Below the pieces are notes generated by a model that was given only the letters and a program-made list of their open reading frames with translations, ran no database searches and was not told the origin of the DNA. This document shows, piece by piece, positions 47,586 to 57,473 of a stretch of 64,000 bases of DNA. Within the stretch, counting starts at the first letter, position 1. Every line of letters begins with the position of its first letter. Position numbers and translations under genes: made by a program. This stretch comes from Methanotrichaceae archaeon (GTDB taxonomy: Archaea; Halobacteriota; Methanosarcinia; Methanotrichales; Methanotrichaceae): positions 83,739 through 147,738 of the forward strand of contig CAVVKN010000004.1 in the NCBI GenBank assembly GCA_963748825.1. Reading direction: 5' to 3'.

Positions 47586-48791
47586 TTAATGCTTTGTGCG
47601 CGCCTCTGCGGCGCCCCGCGCCATGAGAAAGACTGCAACGCAGGCGGGAAGCTCCGTAGGACCCTCAACTAGATTGTAGCTATCTCCTCTCATCTGAGTT
47701 TTAAAGGGCTTTAAGATCTGCAACGGCACAGCCTCCTCTCCGAAGACCACGGCATCCTGCAGTGGATCGAAGTCCTCCAGGTCGCGCAGCGTAAGGGGCG
47801 TCACGCGCAGCCCCGAGCCGCCGTGCAGGCTGCCTGGACAGCGAATCAGCCGGCGCACGTCGGCTGTCACCGGCTCGTCGGTCTCGCCGCGCTCCTCATC
47901 TAAATTGAAGCCCACCTTCACGCCCTCACTGTCCAAGAACTCCACGAGAAGAAGCTTCCAGATAGCGGCACTGCCCCGAAAGAGATCCAGATTTCCCCGG
48001 CCGATCTCATCCAAAACATTTGCGTCCTGCAGGCTTTTGTAAAAGCTGGCGGCTTTTTTGGGCCCAATGCCTTTTCGTTTCGATAGAACCGCGATTGCCT
48101 CCGCCTCGCTCATGTGGCGCAGATCTTCGACAAAAGAGATGATGGATCGGTTGATCCTGCCTCCCCAGCCCGGCGCACCTGCAGGGGGCGCACGCAGCCG
48201 AAAAGCCCGATCTTTCCCCCAGTCGCCTTCCATGGGGGCCATGTGGATGAACAGATCCATGGTCAATCCCCGGCCTGCCAGATAGTCCACGATCTCCCGG
48301 CGCTCATCGCTGCCGAAACTAAAGACGCGCGGGTCTCGAACGTGGATGTGATAGCCCCGGCCCCCGGAAAAGACCACGCTCATTTTGCTCTCGCTGAAGC
48401 CGAAGTCGGATAGAAGAAAAGTCAGAAGCTTTTGCGTCTCCTTCTTTACCAACGCCAGCATCTCGCTGTAGCTCTTGGGCGCATTTCTCAGGTGATCGGC
48501 GTCCAGGTCGAAGATGAGGTCTGAGCCCTGCCAGAGCTTCTCTTTCATTGTGGGCGCGCCGGGGCGCTGATAGTAGGCAGCTGAATGATAGACGTGGCGC
48601 GGCACCATTGCCCGCACATAATCGACAAGCTCGCCACGCGAGAAGAAGGACTTATGCCGGCGCATGCCTGAATCGTCGAAAAAAAGAAAGCCCCACTCTC
48701 GGGAGGCAATGCTGGGAGGGGCATCCAGGGAGGATTCAATGTAATAGCCCCGGAACTTGGAGACCAGGAAATTATAGGTTAGGGCGTTCAT
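47586..48791 (-). CDS. priS: DNA primase small subunit
   Basis: REWGF, P.H.Y.S.AYY, DLIFDLDADH, FSGGRGYH.H, D..VT.D..RLIR.P.SLHG. Confidence 0.96.
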   Translation of the reverse strand: MNALTYNFLVSKFRGYYIESSLDAPPSIASREWGFLFFDDSGMRRHKSFFSRGELVDYVRAMVPRHVYHSAAYYQRPGAPTMKEKLWQGSDLIFDLDADHLRNAPKSYSEMLALVKKETQKLLTFLLSDFGFSESKMSVVFSGGRGYHIHVRDPRVFSFGSDERREIVDYLAGRGLTMDLFIHMAPMEGDWGKDRAFRLRAPPAGAPGWGGRINRSIISFVEDLRHMSEAEAIAVLSKRKGIGPKKAASFYKSLQDANVLDEIGRGNLDLFRGSAAIWKLLLVEFLDSEGVKVGFNLDEERGETDEPVTADVRRLIRCPGSLHGGSGLRVTPLTLRDLEDFDPLQDAVVFGEEAVPLQILKPFKTQMRGDSYNLVEGPTELPACVAVFLMARGAAEARTKH

Positions 48792-49542
48792 CCTCCCACC
48801 TTCCATAGATCTCCGGCCGGCGATCGGCAAAACAGGAAACCTCGCAGCGAAAAACATCCCGATCGACCAGGTCGATATCGGCCAGTATCAGCGTCTCCTC
48901 AGTCCCGGCCTCGGCCAACACCCGGCCACGAGCATCGATGATTAAAGAGCCTCCGCCGCGAGCCCAGTTGCAGGCCAGATGAGGCATCTGGTTTTCGATA
49001 GCCCGAGCCAGGCAGAGCGTGCGCCACTGCTCACGCCGCAGCCCGGGAAACTGGGCCACTGTAACCAGAAAATCTGCGCCCTGCAGGGCAAGGGAGCGGG
49101 CCACCTCAGGAAAGCGCAGGTCATAGCAGATCTGCAGGCCCGCCTGGCCCCACTTCGTGGCCACAGGCGAGATGTAGTCTCCGCCGTCGAAGTGCTCCTT
49201 CTCCTCACCAAAGGGGTGGATCTTGGGGCGAAGCTGCAGGCCGCCCGAGTCGAGGCAAAAGCCCAGATTCTGGCGGCCGCATCTCAGCGAGCCGACAAAT
49301 AGGCAATTGTGCTCCTCTGCCAGGGCCCGGAAAGGATCAAGCGATGGATAGGGCGAATGATCCTGGGCAGAAGAGGAGGACTGCAAAGAGAGCTCGTAGC
49401 AAAAGCCGGTCAGGAATAGTTCAGGAAGGACCAGGATCTGTGCTCCTTTGGCCAGTGCCGCGCCGGCCATCTGCAATGCTCGGGAGAGGTTCTCTTCGGT
49501 TTTACAGGGCTCAACCTGTTGCTGGAGGCAGGCGGCACGCAT
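48772..49542 (-). CDS. Carbon-nitrogen hydrolase (nitrilase family)
   Basis: LPELFLTGF, KIH.F, ICYDLRFPE, ARAIENQ. Confidence 0.9.
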   Translation of the reverse strand: MRAACLQQQVEPCKTEENLSRALQMAGAALAKGAQILVLPELFLTGFCYELSLQSSSSAQDHSPYPSLDPFRALAEEHNCLFVGSLRCGRQNLGFCLDSGGLQLRPKIHPFGEEKEHFDGGDYISPVATKWGQAGLQICYDLRFPEVARSLALQGADFLVTVAQFPGLRREQWRTLCLARAIENQMPHLACNWARGGGSLIIDARGRVLAEAGTEETLILADIDLVDRDVFRCEVSCFADRRPEIYGRWEDERPNL

Positions 49543-49643
49543 ACTAAAAAAATAGCAGGTTCGGATATATTAAGATGCACATAAGTCAACCTATTGGAAA
49601 AGAATAATGCTTTATATTCCGGAAAGACCCATGCCCCTTTGCA

Positions 49644-50477
49644 ATGTATCATAGACTGAAAAGTCGCATCTTTGGCGTCATGGAGCCTGGTGATCGGAAC
49701 AGCAAATTCTTTGACCCATTTATAATGGTACTGATATTATTAAATGTAGCCGTCGTGGTCCTGGAGACGGTAGACTGGCTTAATGCCAGTTATGCACAGC
49801 TCTTTCGCGTCTTCGATCTCTTTTCCGTCGCAGTCTTCACAGTTGAATATATCTTGCGCGCCTGGATCTGCACCGAAAATCCCAAGTTTAAAACTCCCAT
49901 CTCAGGAAGGCTGCATTATCTCATTACGCCCATGGCAATTGTTGATCTGATGGCTATACTGCCCTTCTATCTGCCATTCATCTTTCCAGAATTGCGGTTC
50001 ATTCGAGCCATACGCCTCTTCCGTTTGTTCCGGATTTTAAAACTGGCCAGATATTCTGATGCCCTCAAGACTTTTGCAGATGTCCTCAACTTGAAGAAGG
50101 AAGAACTCGGTGTGACATTCTTTGCCACTTTGATTTTGCTGGTTATATCATCCAGCATGGTCTACGAAGCAGAGAACGAGGTTCAACCAGAGGCTTTTGC
50201 CAATATTCCCGATGCCATGTGGTGGGGCGTAGTCACCTTGACCACCGTGGGCTACGGAGATATCTATCCTGTGACACCCATTGGAAAAATCATCGGCTCT
50301 TTTGTGGTAATATCTGGAATTGGCCTGTTTGCTCTTCCGGCGGGCATTCTGGCCTCGGGCTTCAACGAGGTGTTGCAGAGAAGAAGAGAGAAGAAAAGGA
50401 AGAAAATGATCTGTCCGCACTGCCACAGATACATCGGGGATTATGTAATGATGAAAGACGAGGAAGACGATGCCTGA
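49644..50477 (+). CDS. 6-TM voltage-gated-type potassium channel
   Basis: S4 R..R..R..R..K, WW.VVTLTTVGYGD filter, C-terminal CPHC. Confidence 0.93.
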   Translation: MYHRLKSRIFGVMEPGDRNSKFFDPFIMVLILLNVAVVVLETVDWLNASYAQLFRVFDLFSVAVFTVEYILRAWICTENPKFKTPISGRLHYLITPMAIVDLMAILPFYLPFIFPELRFIRAIRLFRLFRILKLARYSDALKTFADVLNLKKEELGVTFFATLILLVISSSMVYEAENEVQPEAFANIPDAMWWGVVTLTTVGYGDIYPVTPIGKIIGSFVVISGIGLFALPAGILASGFNEVLQRRREKKRKKMICPHCHRYIGDYVMMKDEEDDA

Positions 50478-50506
50478 TTTTGATCAATTCAGCCTGAGGA
50501 GAGAGC

Positions 50507-50683
50507 ATGAAAGCTTCTGAAGAAATTGTGAAGATCGAACTGGGGGAAGAGTTTCGGATCTGCCCCCAGTGCGGCTATGAGCTGGGCTTTCACAGCTCTT
50601 TTATGCGGACGGTGGAGGGCTACCGAATCATCCTCATCTGCCCGGAGTGCGGGGCACGGTACGACGTGGGATGGAGGATGTGA
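50507..50683 (+). CDS. Small zinc-ribbon protein (58 aa, not in ORF track)
   Basis: GAGGAG RBS; MKASEEIVKIELGEEFRICPQCGYELGFHSSF...ILICPECGARYDVGWRM; two CPxCG motifs. Confidence 0.8.
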   Translation: MKASEEIVKIELGEEFRICPQCGYELGFHSSFMRTVEGYRIILICPECGARYDVGWRM

Positions 50684-50762
50684 TGGCAATCAAACCATCA
50701 TTATCTATGGTAAGATGTATCTGACAAAGGATGCTAATATCTTTTGAGGATGAGCCAGATAG

Positions 50763-52760
50763 ATGACAGAAATTTCGGGCAAAAGTCCTGAACTTGAACC
50801 CTTTGCAGATGAGTATTCATCAATTCCAGATCGTTTCAATGATCTTTTCTCAAGACTCGGCTGGATCTACTATAAATCGTTTGATTCTAATATCGCCTTA
50901 AACGCTATCAACAGAGCAGAGTCTAATGACATTAACGGCGCGGAAGTAGATCTTATCGAGTATTATAATAATATTATAATAATAGATAACTTGCGGAAAT
51001 TAGGCGAATTAAAGGCATTTCGCTCCAGATGGCCTCTTGCACAAAAAGCGCTAATTGACTATGACGAAGAACGTTATCACTCAAGCATTCCTGTTGTTCT
51101 TGCTCTTCTTGACGGAATGGTTACGGAGACCTATTTGAATGCAGGAGGAGAGAAATTAAATGTATCTGCAGAAGATATAAATTTTAATGCATGGAATTCA
51201 ATCGCCAATCATAGCAAAGCGTTGAACGCCCTCGTTGGCATACTTAAAAAAGGACGATATAAAACTGTTACCGAGCAGATCGATAAACCATATCGCCACG
51301 GAATCCTGCACGGAATGGATCTCGGCTATGATAATAAGGCAGTCGCAGCCAAAGCTTGGGCAGCATTATTTGCTATTCGCGATTGGGCTGAAAAAGCTGA
51401 AACGGGGTTGTTGGATCTTCAATTTGATGGGAATACAAATAATAAAACCATCGAAATTAAAAGGACGAAAGGTCCGTTAATCCAAGACGTACCATCCATA
51501 AAAAATTTTCACGAAACCATCAAGAGCCTCAAGACTATAAAGGGCGCTATGCAAATTTTGCTTCCATTTTTAAGTCGGCTAAGAGTTGATACAAATCAAA
51601 TTAAAGAGGCCCTCCCAAAAATAGAATTACTTGAAGCAAGTGAAGTGATGCGATTCATCCCAGATCGTTTCAATGATCTATTCGCGGAGCGAGGCTGGAT
51701 CATCTATGAACTCATGAATCTTGAAGTTGTCAAGGCTGCGATCAAGAAAGCAGAGTCCGGAGATATTGATGGTGCTGAAACTGACCTAGTCAATTACTAT
51801 GATGAAAAAAATATCAGATTTAAAATCAATAGAATGAAAGATGTAAAGGCGTTCCGACCAAGGTGGCATCTTGCACAAAAGGCGCTAAATGATTATGTCG
51901 AGGGTCGCTATCATGCTTGCGTACCTGTTGTCCTTGCTCTGCTCGAGGGAATCGTCAATGAAGCGCATGAAAAAGGACGAGGCTCAAAACTCGGCTTTTC
52001 CGCCAAAGATGTCAATTTGGAAGCCTGGGATTCCATCTCTGGCCATGCCAAAGGGTTGAAGGTAATAGCCAGTGTATTCAATGAGGATCGTGGCAAAACA
52101 AATGTGGATCAGATAGCTATACCCTATCGAAACGGCATACTGCACGGAATGGATCTTGGCTACGACAATAAAATGGTCGCAGCTAAAACTTGGGCGGCGC
52201 TGTTTTCTATACGCGATTGGGCTATGAAGGCAGAACAGAGATTACTGGATCCACAACCTCCGGAAAATCCAATATCGTGGAGGCAAGTGATCAAACAGAT
52301 CAACGAAAACAAAGTTGATAAGCTAAAGCTGCAGAAATGGAAACCAAGAGTCATCAAGATCGGCCAGGATATTCCTGCAATCGGTGGTCCTAACGATTAT
52401 GAGGATTTTACGCCTGAAAAGACGCTTGCATTGTTCCTTTCAAAATGGAAGGATGCAAAGCCAAATTACGGTACCATGGCTGATTGCATCTTATTGAATT
52501 CTCGCGACAATAAAAATGCAATGCCTGCGCGCATAAGAAAAATATATAATTCGAAGCACTTGCGGTCATTCGAGTTCACCGGGATTCGAGACACAGCTGC
52601 AGCAAGAACGGTGATACAAGCGAATCTTGTCTATGAAGAATTTGGTAATCAAGTAGAAAAAACAGTCGAATTTATCATGATAAATAATGGCACAGATGAA
52701 CAACCTGCTGTTCGCGGACCAGGAAGCTGTTGGTTTATCCTATTTTGGGATATAGTATGA
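50763..52760 (+). CDS. Protein with two tandem HEPN-like domains (RHGILH, RNGILH) and a C-terminal alpha/beta domain
   Basis: Internal duplication with 834-bp offset; both copies retain RxxxxH; AT-richer than flanks. Confidence 0.7.
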   Translation: MTEISGKSPELEPFADEYSSIPDRFNDLFSRLGWIYYKSFDSNIALNAINRAESNDINGAEVDLIEYYNNIIIIDNLRKLGELKAFRSRWPLAQKALIDYDEERYHSSIPVVLALLDGMVTETYLNAGGEKLNVSAEDINFNAWNSIANHSKALNALVGILKKGRYKTVTEQIDKPYRHGILHGMDLGYDNKAVAAKAWAALFAIRDWAEKAETGLLDLQFDGNTNNKTIEIKRTKGPLIQDVPSIKNFHETIKSLKTIKGAMQILLPFLSRLRVDTNQIKEALPKIELLEASEVMRFIPDRFNDLFAERGWIIYELMNLEVVKAAIKKAESGDIDGAETDLVNYYDEKNIRFKINRMKDVKAFRPRWHLAQKALNDYVEGRYHACVPVVLALLEGIVNEAHEKGRGSKLGFSAKDVNLEAWDSISGHAKGLKVIASVFNEDRGKTNVDQIAIPYRNGILHGMDLGYDNKMVAAKTWAALFSIRDWAMKAEQRLLDPQPPENPISWRQVIKQINENKVDKLKLQKWKPRVIKIGQDIPAIGGPNDYEDFTPEKTLALFLSKWKDAKPNYGTMADCILLNSRDNKNAMPARIRKIYNSKHLRSFEFTGIRDTAAARTVIQANLVYEEFGNQVEKTVEFIMINNGTDEQPAVRGPGSCWFILFWDIV

Positions 52761-52773
52761 TCATAGTATGATC
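52752..52773. repeat. Perfect 11-bp tandem duplication ATAGTATGATC spanning the stop codon of the HEPN-like gene
   Basis: atagtatgatc 52752-62 and 52763-73. Confidence 0.85.
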
Positions 52774-52869
52774 TTGATAAACTAACTTCATATCCGGTCC
52801 AATGCTGGCAAAAGCCACATCATCAAGGCCCTTGTGGGCTTATGCCAGAACGTGAAGACATTGATATAC

Positions 52870-52890
52870 TTGCAATTCATTGTAATACAA
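52870..52890. promoter_or_regulatory. Putative RHH antitoxin operator (TTGTA-A-TACAA palindrome with degenerate upstream copy TTGCAATTCAT)
   Basis: Directly between a TTGATATA TATA-like box and the antitoxin start. Confidence 0.6.
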
Positions 52891-52891
52891 G

Positions 52892-53125
52892 GTGATTGAG
52901 ATTTCCACTTCTGTATCGATTCGGCTTCCTGATGACATGGCAGACAGCCTGAAGAGCCTCTCTGAAGCTATAGACCGCTCCAAGGCGTATATCATTAAGA
53001 AAGCATTGCAGGCATATCTTGAGGATTATTCAGATTACCTGATTGCCCAGGAACGTTTGAACGACAAAAACGATAAAGTAGTATCCTGCGACGAGATGAG
53101 GGAACTAATTGGCCTGCAGAATTGA
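52892..53125 (+). CDS. Ribbon-helix-helix antitoxin (CopG/RelB-like)
   Basis: SVSIRLP....L..L....RSK.YII..AL..YLED; overlaps toxin. Confidence 0.88.
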   Translation: MIEISTSVSIRLPDDMADSLKSLSEAIDRSKAYIIKKALQAYLEDYSDYLIAQERLNDKNDKVVSCDEMRELIGLQN

Positions 53126-53360
53126 GTACAAATCATCTGTGGCCCATGACCTGAAGAATCTAGACAAGGCTGTTGCCAAGAGAGTAATCAAAGAGATGGA
53201 AGAGGCGTTATCCTGCGATCCGGACTGCGGAGAGGCGCTCACAGGGCAATTCAAAGGACTGTTCAAACTGCGCATAGGAGAATACCGGGTCGTTTATTCC
53301 AAGAAACAGGGCGGTGTATTAGTATTGCGAATCAGAAATCGCAGCAAGGTATATAGATAA
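53109..53360 (+). CDS. RelE/ParE-family toxin
   Basis: L.G...GL.KLRIG.YRVVY, V..I..R..VY. Confidence 0.9.
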   Translation: MACRIEYKSSVAHDLKNLDKAVAKRVIKEMEEALSCDPDCGEALTGQFKGLFKLRIGEYRVVYSKKQGGVLVLRIRNRSKVYR

Positions 53361-53436
53361 AATGGTTTGATCCCAGATGTTTGCAGAGAATATTATCAGC
53401 AAGAAATAAATATAATGAGGGAGAAAAGATCCTGCG

Positions 53437-54510
53437 ATGAAAAAGAGAGCAAGAACTTCGCGAGAGCTTCCCACGGTTGATGACATTCTCCTGAGGTTTG
53501 AGCAGGAGCTCGCAGACCCTGATAATATCGAAACCATTTCGGTTCTGGGAACAACGCTTGGTAGATGTGGCCGTTTGGATGAAGCAATACAGCAATTCGA
53601 CCGTGCCATTGAAATCGATCCTAATTTCTGGGACGCATGGTTCAACAAAGGAATCGCTCTAATCAACAAAAAAGAAGATGCGAGAGCCCTGGAATGCTTC
53701 CAGATGGCAGCTTCCATAGATCCAAATACATCTACCCCATGGCTCAAAATGGGCGAAATCCATAAGCGAATGCACAATTTTGATAAAGCCCTTGAATGCC
53801 TGAATAAGTGCTGGGCCATTGACCCGGAAAATACCTATGCACTTGGGGTGAAACTGGAGATCTTCCTCGAAAAAGGAGAACCGGAAAAGGCTCTGCAAGT
53901 TATAGATAAAGCTCTGGAGATCGGCCAGGAGGATAGCAGCTTCATGGTGCGCAAGGGAGAGATCCTGTCATCCCTGGGCCGTCATGATCAAGCGCTTCCC
54001 TGTTTTGATGAAGCTCTGAAAATTAGCCCTGAGGTTACTATAGCCTTGTACGGCAAAGGATCGATAAATTTCCAGAAGGGCCTTTATGAAGAAGCTCTGC
54101 AATGCTTTGAAACGGCCATAAAAATTGATGGCGAATACTATGACGCATCAAGGGGGAAAGCCTTTGCTTTACTCGCCCTGGAGAGATACCACCCAGCCTT
54201 GAAGGAATTCCAGATTCTGACAAAGAGGTACTCGGAATCTTTCGAATTCAGCATGGGCAAGGGCCTGGCCCAGATGGGCTTGCGAAGACACCCTGAGGCG
54301 CTCAAATTCCTGGACAGAGCCATACGCCTGTGTCCAGACAATGCCGACGCCTGGCAAGAAAAAGGAAAGCTGCTCCAGAAAATGGGCAGAGAGGAGGAGG
54401 CTAAATCCGCATTTTCCGAGGCTCAAAGGCAGAAAGAGGTCGGTAAGAGAAGTTGCCCATATTGGCCTAATGATTTTGCTCAAATTCAGCACGTGGACTT
54501 CATAAATTGA
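53437..54510 (+). CDS. Tetratricopeptide-repeat protein (about 9 TPRs)
   Basis: Repeated W..KG..L......A...F..A....P. Confidence 0.9.
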   Translation: MKKRARTSRELPTVDDILLRFEQELADPDNIETISVLGTTLGRCGRLDEAIQQFDRAIEIDPNFWDAWFNKGIALINKKEDARALECFQMAASIDPNTSTPWLKMGEIHKRMHNFDKALECLNKCWAIDPENTYALGVKLEIFLEKGEPEKALQVIDKALEIGQEDSSFMVRKGEILSSLGRHDQALPCFDEALKISPEVTIALYGKGSINFQKGLYEEALQCFETAIKIDGEYYDASRGKAFALLALERYHPALKEFQILTKRYSESFEFSMGKGLAQMGLRRHPEALKFLDRAIRLCPDNADAWQEKGKLLQKMGREEEAKSAFSEAQRQKEVGKRSCPYWPNDFAQIQHVDFIN

Positions 54511-54587
54511 ATATCTTGGGCAAAAAGGACCTGGAAGAAGAGCAAGTATCGAATCGATTGGTACCGTTATCCCTTGCCAGATCCTTT

Positions 54588-55298
54588 CTATCTCGCCATC
54601 GCCTTTTTTCTCATCTCCACCGGCATCTTCTCGATGGCATAGCGCAGCGCCGTCCTCGGCATCTTTTCCTTCCACCTCATCACGTAGTCGAAGACCTCCG
54701 CCTGGTGTTTTTTGCTCGCCTCCTTGAGCATCCAGCCGTAGCCCTTCTGCACCATGTCGTCTTTGTCCATGAGGAGAATGTCCGAGATCTCAAAAACCTC
54801 CTTCAAAAATGCCCCCTTCCGGGCGGGAAGGATGAGCGTCACGGCCGAGGCGCGCCGCAGCCACCTGTTCTCCGATCGGGCCCAGACCGCCAGGCTTTCG
54901 ATAAACTGCGGATACATCTCCACGAAAGTGCCCAGGGTGTGGTTGCAGAGAGTGTCGCACTTGGCCCAGTTGTCCACATAGAGATCCACCCATCTCTCGA
55001 ATACAAAAAAGTCCTCAGGCACGAACTGGCGCCGCAGAGAGTAGGACCATTCGAAGGCAATGAAGGCCTCTTCCCCGTAGTTTGTTTGCAGTAGATTTTC
55101 ACATAGAGAGAAGATCTCTTTTTTGTCTCGACCTTTTATCTCCCGGAAGTGTTTGGCAGCGATTTTTTTGACTAGGGCACCCTTTACGCCATGGACCTTA
55201 ACCATCTCCTTGAAGAAGCGTTGAGCGCTCTCCCGAGCCTTCTCGTCAATACTCTGCAGCAGCTCCTGCCGCACGGCCGCAAGGACATCCCTTTCCAT
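54588..55298 (-). CDS. DNA alkylation repair protein (AlkD-like)
   Basis: [40 protein letters not shown]. Confidence 0.9.
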   Translation of the reverse strand: MERDVLAAVRQELLQSIDEKARESAQRFFKEMVKVHGVKGALVKKIAAKHFREIKGRDKKEIFSLCENLLQTNYGEEAFIAFEWSYSLRRQFVPEDFFVFERWVDLYVDNWAKCDTLCNHTLGTFVEMYPQFIESLAVWARSENRWLRRASAVTLILPARKGAFLKEVFEISDILLMDKDDMVQKGYGWMLKEASKKHQAEVFDYVMRWKEKMPRTALRYAIEKMPVEMRKKAMAR

Positions 55299-55345
55299 AT
55301 TTTCACCATTGGGTTTATCTTTATCAAAAAATCTTCGCTAATGAC

Positions 55346-56110
55346 ATGCTGCAATTCGTCCTCACAGTCGCCGCGGCAAAGCGCCTGATAGGCAAAGCCC
55401 TGGCGGCCCATCCGGCCGTTAAGGCTGCGTCGCGGACCGCCACCCTGGTCATCATCGCCGGAACCACCAACAGCTACGTGGCTGAGGAGATATTGAGAAA
55501 ACTGGGCCAGGCGGAGAGCTTCTCCAAAAAACGATTCTTTCGCGGCATCGTCCTGCCGCCGGGAAGGACCACGGAGACCGGAAGGCTGCCGGAGGAGAGC
55601 GGTTTTCCCGGCGATGTAGTGATAGTAAACGGCATCTGGCAGAAAGGCAAGACTATTTTCGACGTTGGGGACGGCCTGAGAGAGGGAGACATCATCCTGA
55701 AGGGGGCGAATGCCCTCGACCTGACCAGAAAGCAGGCGGCAGTTCTCATCGGCCATCCACAGGGAGGAACGACTATCACGACCCTGCAGGCGGCTGTGGG
55801 CCGCAGGGTGCGGCTCATCCTGCCTGTGGGCCTGGAAAAGCGCGTGCCAGGCGATCTGATGGAGCTGGCCGCCCGGATGAATGCGCCAGGGAGCAGCGGC
55901 TTTCGGCTGCTGCCGGTACCGGGAGAGGTCTTCACCGAGATCGATGCCATACGGCTTCTTTGCGGAGCAGAGGCAGAGATGGTGGCTGCGGGCGGGGTAG
56001 GAGGCGCGGAGGGTGCGGTCTGGCTGGCCTTGAGCGGAAGCGAGGAGCAGATGGCAAGGGCAGAAGCGCTGATGAGGGAGGTTTCATGTGAGAAGGGATT
56101 TGAGATGTGA
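55346..56110 (+). CDS. Conserved hypothetical protein (CoA-transferase/NagB-like fold suspected)
   Basis: GTTN.YV.EE, D...KGANA, GGT, PVGLEK, AGG..GAEG. Confidence 0.75.
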   Translation: MLQFVLTVAAAKRLIGKALAAHPAVKAASRTATLVIIAGTTNSYVAEEILRKLGQAESFSKKRFFRGIVLPPGRTTETGRLPEESGFPGDVVIVNGIWQKGKTIFDVGDGLREGDIILKGANALDLTRKQAAVLIGHPQGGTTITTLQAAVGRRVRLILPVGLEKRVPGDLMELAARMNAPGSSGFRLLPVPGEVFTEIDAIRLLCGAEAEMVAAGGVGGAEGAVWLALSGSEEQMARAEALMREVSCEKGFEM

Positions 56111-56129
56111 GCAGCTAAGGTGAAATAAT

Positions 56130-56777
56130 TTAGCTAGATAACCCAATTCTCACCTGCATCCACAAGACCTCCTCTTCGCCTTCCATCCCCCGCCAGTACA
56201 TGGAGAGCTCCCTGCCCGGCCCCAGTTCCTGCCTCTTTTTCACTATTCCGCCCCATTCCTCGTAGTGCCTCTGTGTATCCTCCAGGATGCCCTCAAAGCT
56301 CATCCCCTGCAGAGCATCGCCCATGAGCAGCCGCTCCTCTGTATCCCCCTTCAGGAAGACGCACTCCACCTCGGGCGCCCCGAGAAATCGCCGGATCTCC
56401 CGGGCCAGCTCGTATCCCTGCAAGGAGGGAACTACCAGATAGCAGTCTGGAAAATGGCGCTGCAGTATCTCCAAGAGCTCAGTGAAGAGATGAAAATGCA
56501 TCTCACAGTACTTGAAGAGCTTATCCAGCACTATTTCCTTCTTTTTCAGATCAACCTGCAAAAAGACCTCCGCCGCTACCCCACCCAGGCCGCATCTCGC
56601 TTTCTCCGCCACATCCAGGCGATCGAAGCCTTCCTGAAGCCGGTCGAAGAGGCGGCGCAGCTCCCGGCAGAAACGGCCTTTTCTTGCCGAGTCCTCGGGA
56701 GTCGTCACACCGGAAAACTCGAAGGAAGCGTGGACGGACGGCCACTTGCCTGCGCTGCAATCAGTCAAATCGAGCAT
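56130..56777 (-). CDS. Hypothetical protein
   Basis: 215-aa ORF with typical codon usage; no recognised motif. Confidence 0.6.
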   Translation of the reverse strand: MLDLTDCSAGKWPSVHASFEFSGVTTPEDSARKGRFCRELRRLFDRLQEGFDRLDVAEKARCGLGGVAAEVFLQVDLKKKEIVLDKLFKYCEMHFHLFTELLEILQRHFPDCYLVVPSLQGYELAREIRRFLGAPEVECVFLKGDTEERLLMGDALQGMSFEGILEDTQRHYEEWGGIVKKRQELGPGRELSMYWRGMEGEEEVLWMQVRIGLSS

Positions 56778-56842
56778 TTCTTTGATAAGAGCATCAATAG
56801 AATATGAAAACGACGCCAGAATGATTCGTTATTATCCAAGTT

Positions 56843-57334
56843 TCAGATCATTTTCTGCATCCAGACCACATCGAAGTCCTGGCCCCATTTTCGGCCGATC
56901 TTCTGGAAGCGTCCGCACTCCTGAAAGCTTCGCTTTTTGTGAAAGGCCAGGCTTGCCGAGTTGAGGGAGGAGATGCCGGCCAGGATGGAAGAGATGCCCT
57001 TCTCTTTAGCCTCATGCAGGAGGCTTTCATGCATTGCCTTTCCCATTCCCTTTCCCGTTTGCTCCGGGGCGATGAAACAGGTTATCTCTGCCGTCCGGGA
57101 GAAGGCGGGCATGGGACTGTGCGGGCGGAGCAATGCAAAGCCCAGCACATTTCCCCCGTCGTCCCTGGCCACCAGGAAAGGATAGCCTTCGGACATGTTC
57201 ACGAAGAAATCAAAAAACTCGTAAGGCACCGGATCTTCCGGATAGGCGGCGAAGCTGTTCTCCACGTAGTGGTTGAAGATATCGATTATCGCGTTTCCAT
57301 CCTCTTTCCTGACCGGCTCAATAGTGAACTGCAT
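56843..57334 (-). CDS. GNAT acetyltransferase (phosphinothricin-acetyltransferase-like)
   Basis: IFNHYV, YPFLV, GKGMG, N.AS..FH.K..F...G......K.G..FDV..MQ. Confidence 0.9.
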   Translation of the reverse strand: MQFTIEPVRKEDGNAIIDIFNHYVENSFAAYPEDPVPYEFFDFFVNMSEGYPFLVARDDGGNVLGFALLRPHSPMPAFSRTAEITCFIAPEQTGKGMGKAMHESLLHEAKEKGISSILAGISSLNSASLAFHKKRSFQECGRFQKIGRKWGQDFDVVWMQKMI

Positions 57335-57473
57335 CTCTATCCATCCTGCTACATCTAAACGCTAAATGATCAATTCCTTATTCAGACGGGCATGAAGGCC
57401 AAGCTCTTTATCCTGCACCAATTGATTTAAGCCTATCCCGCCCGCAAACGTCTTGTGACCGGCCCAATTAGCA

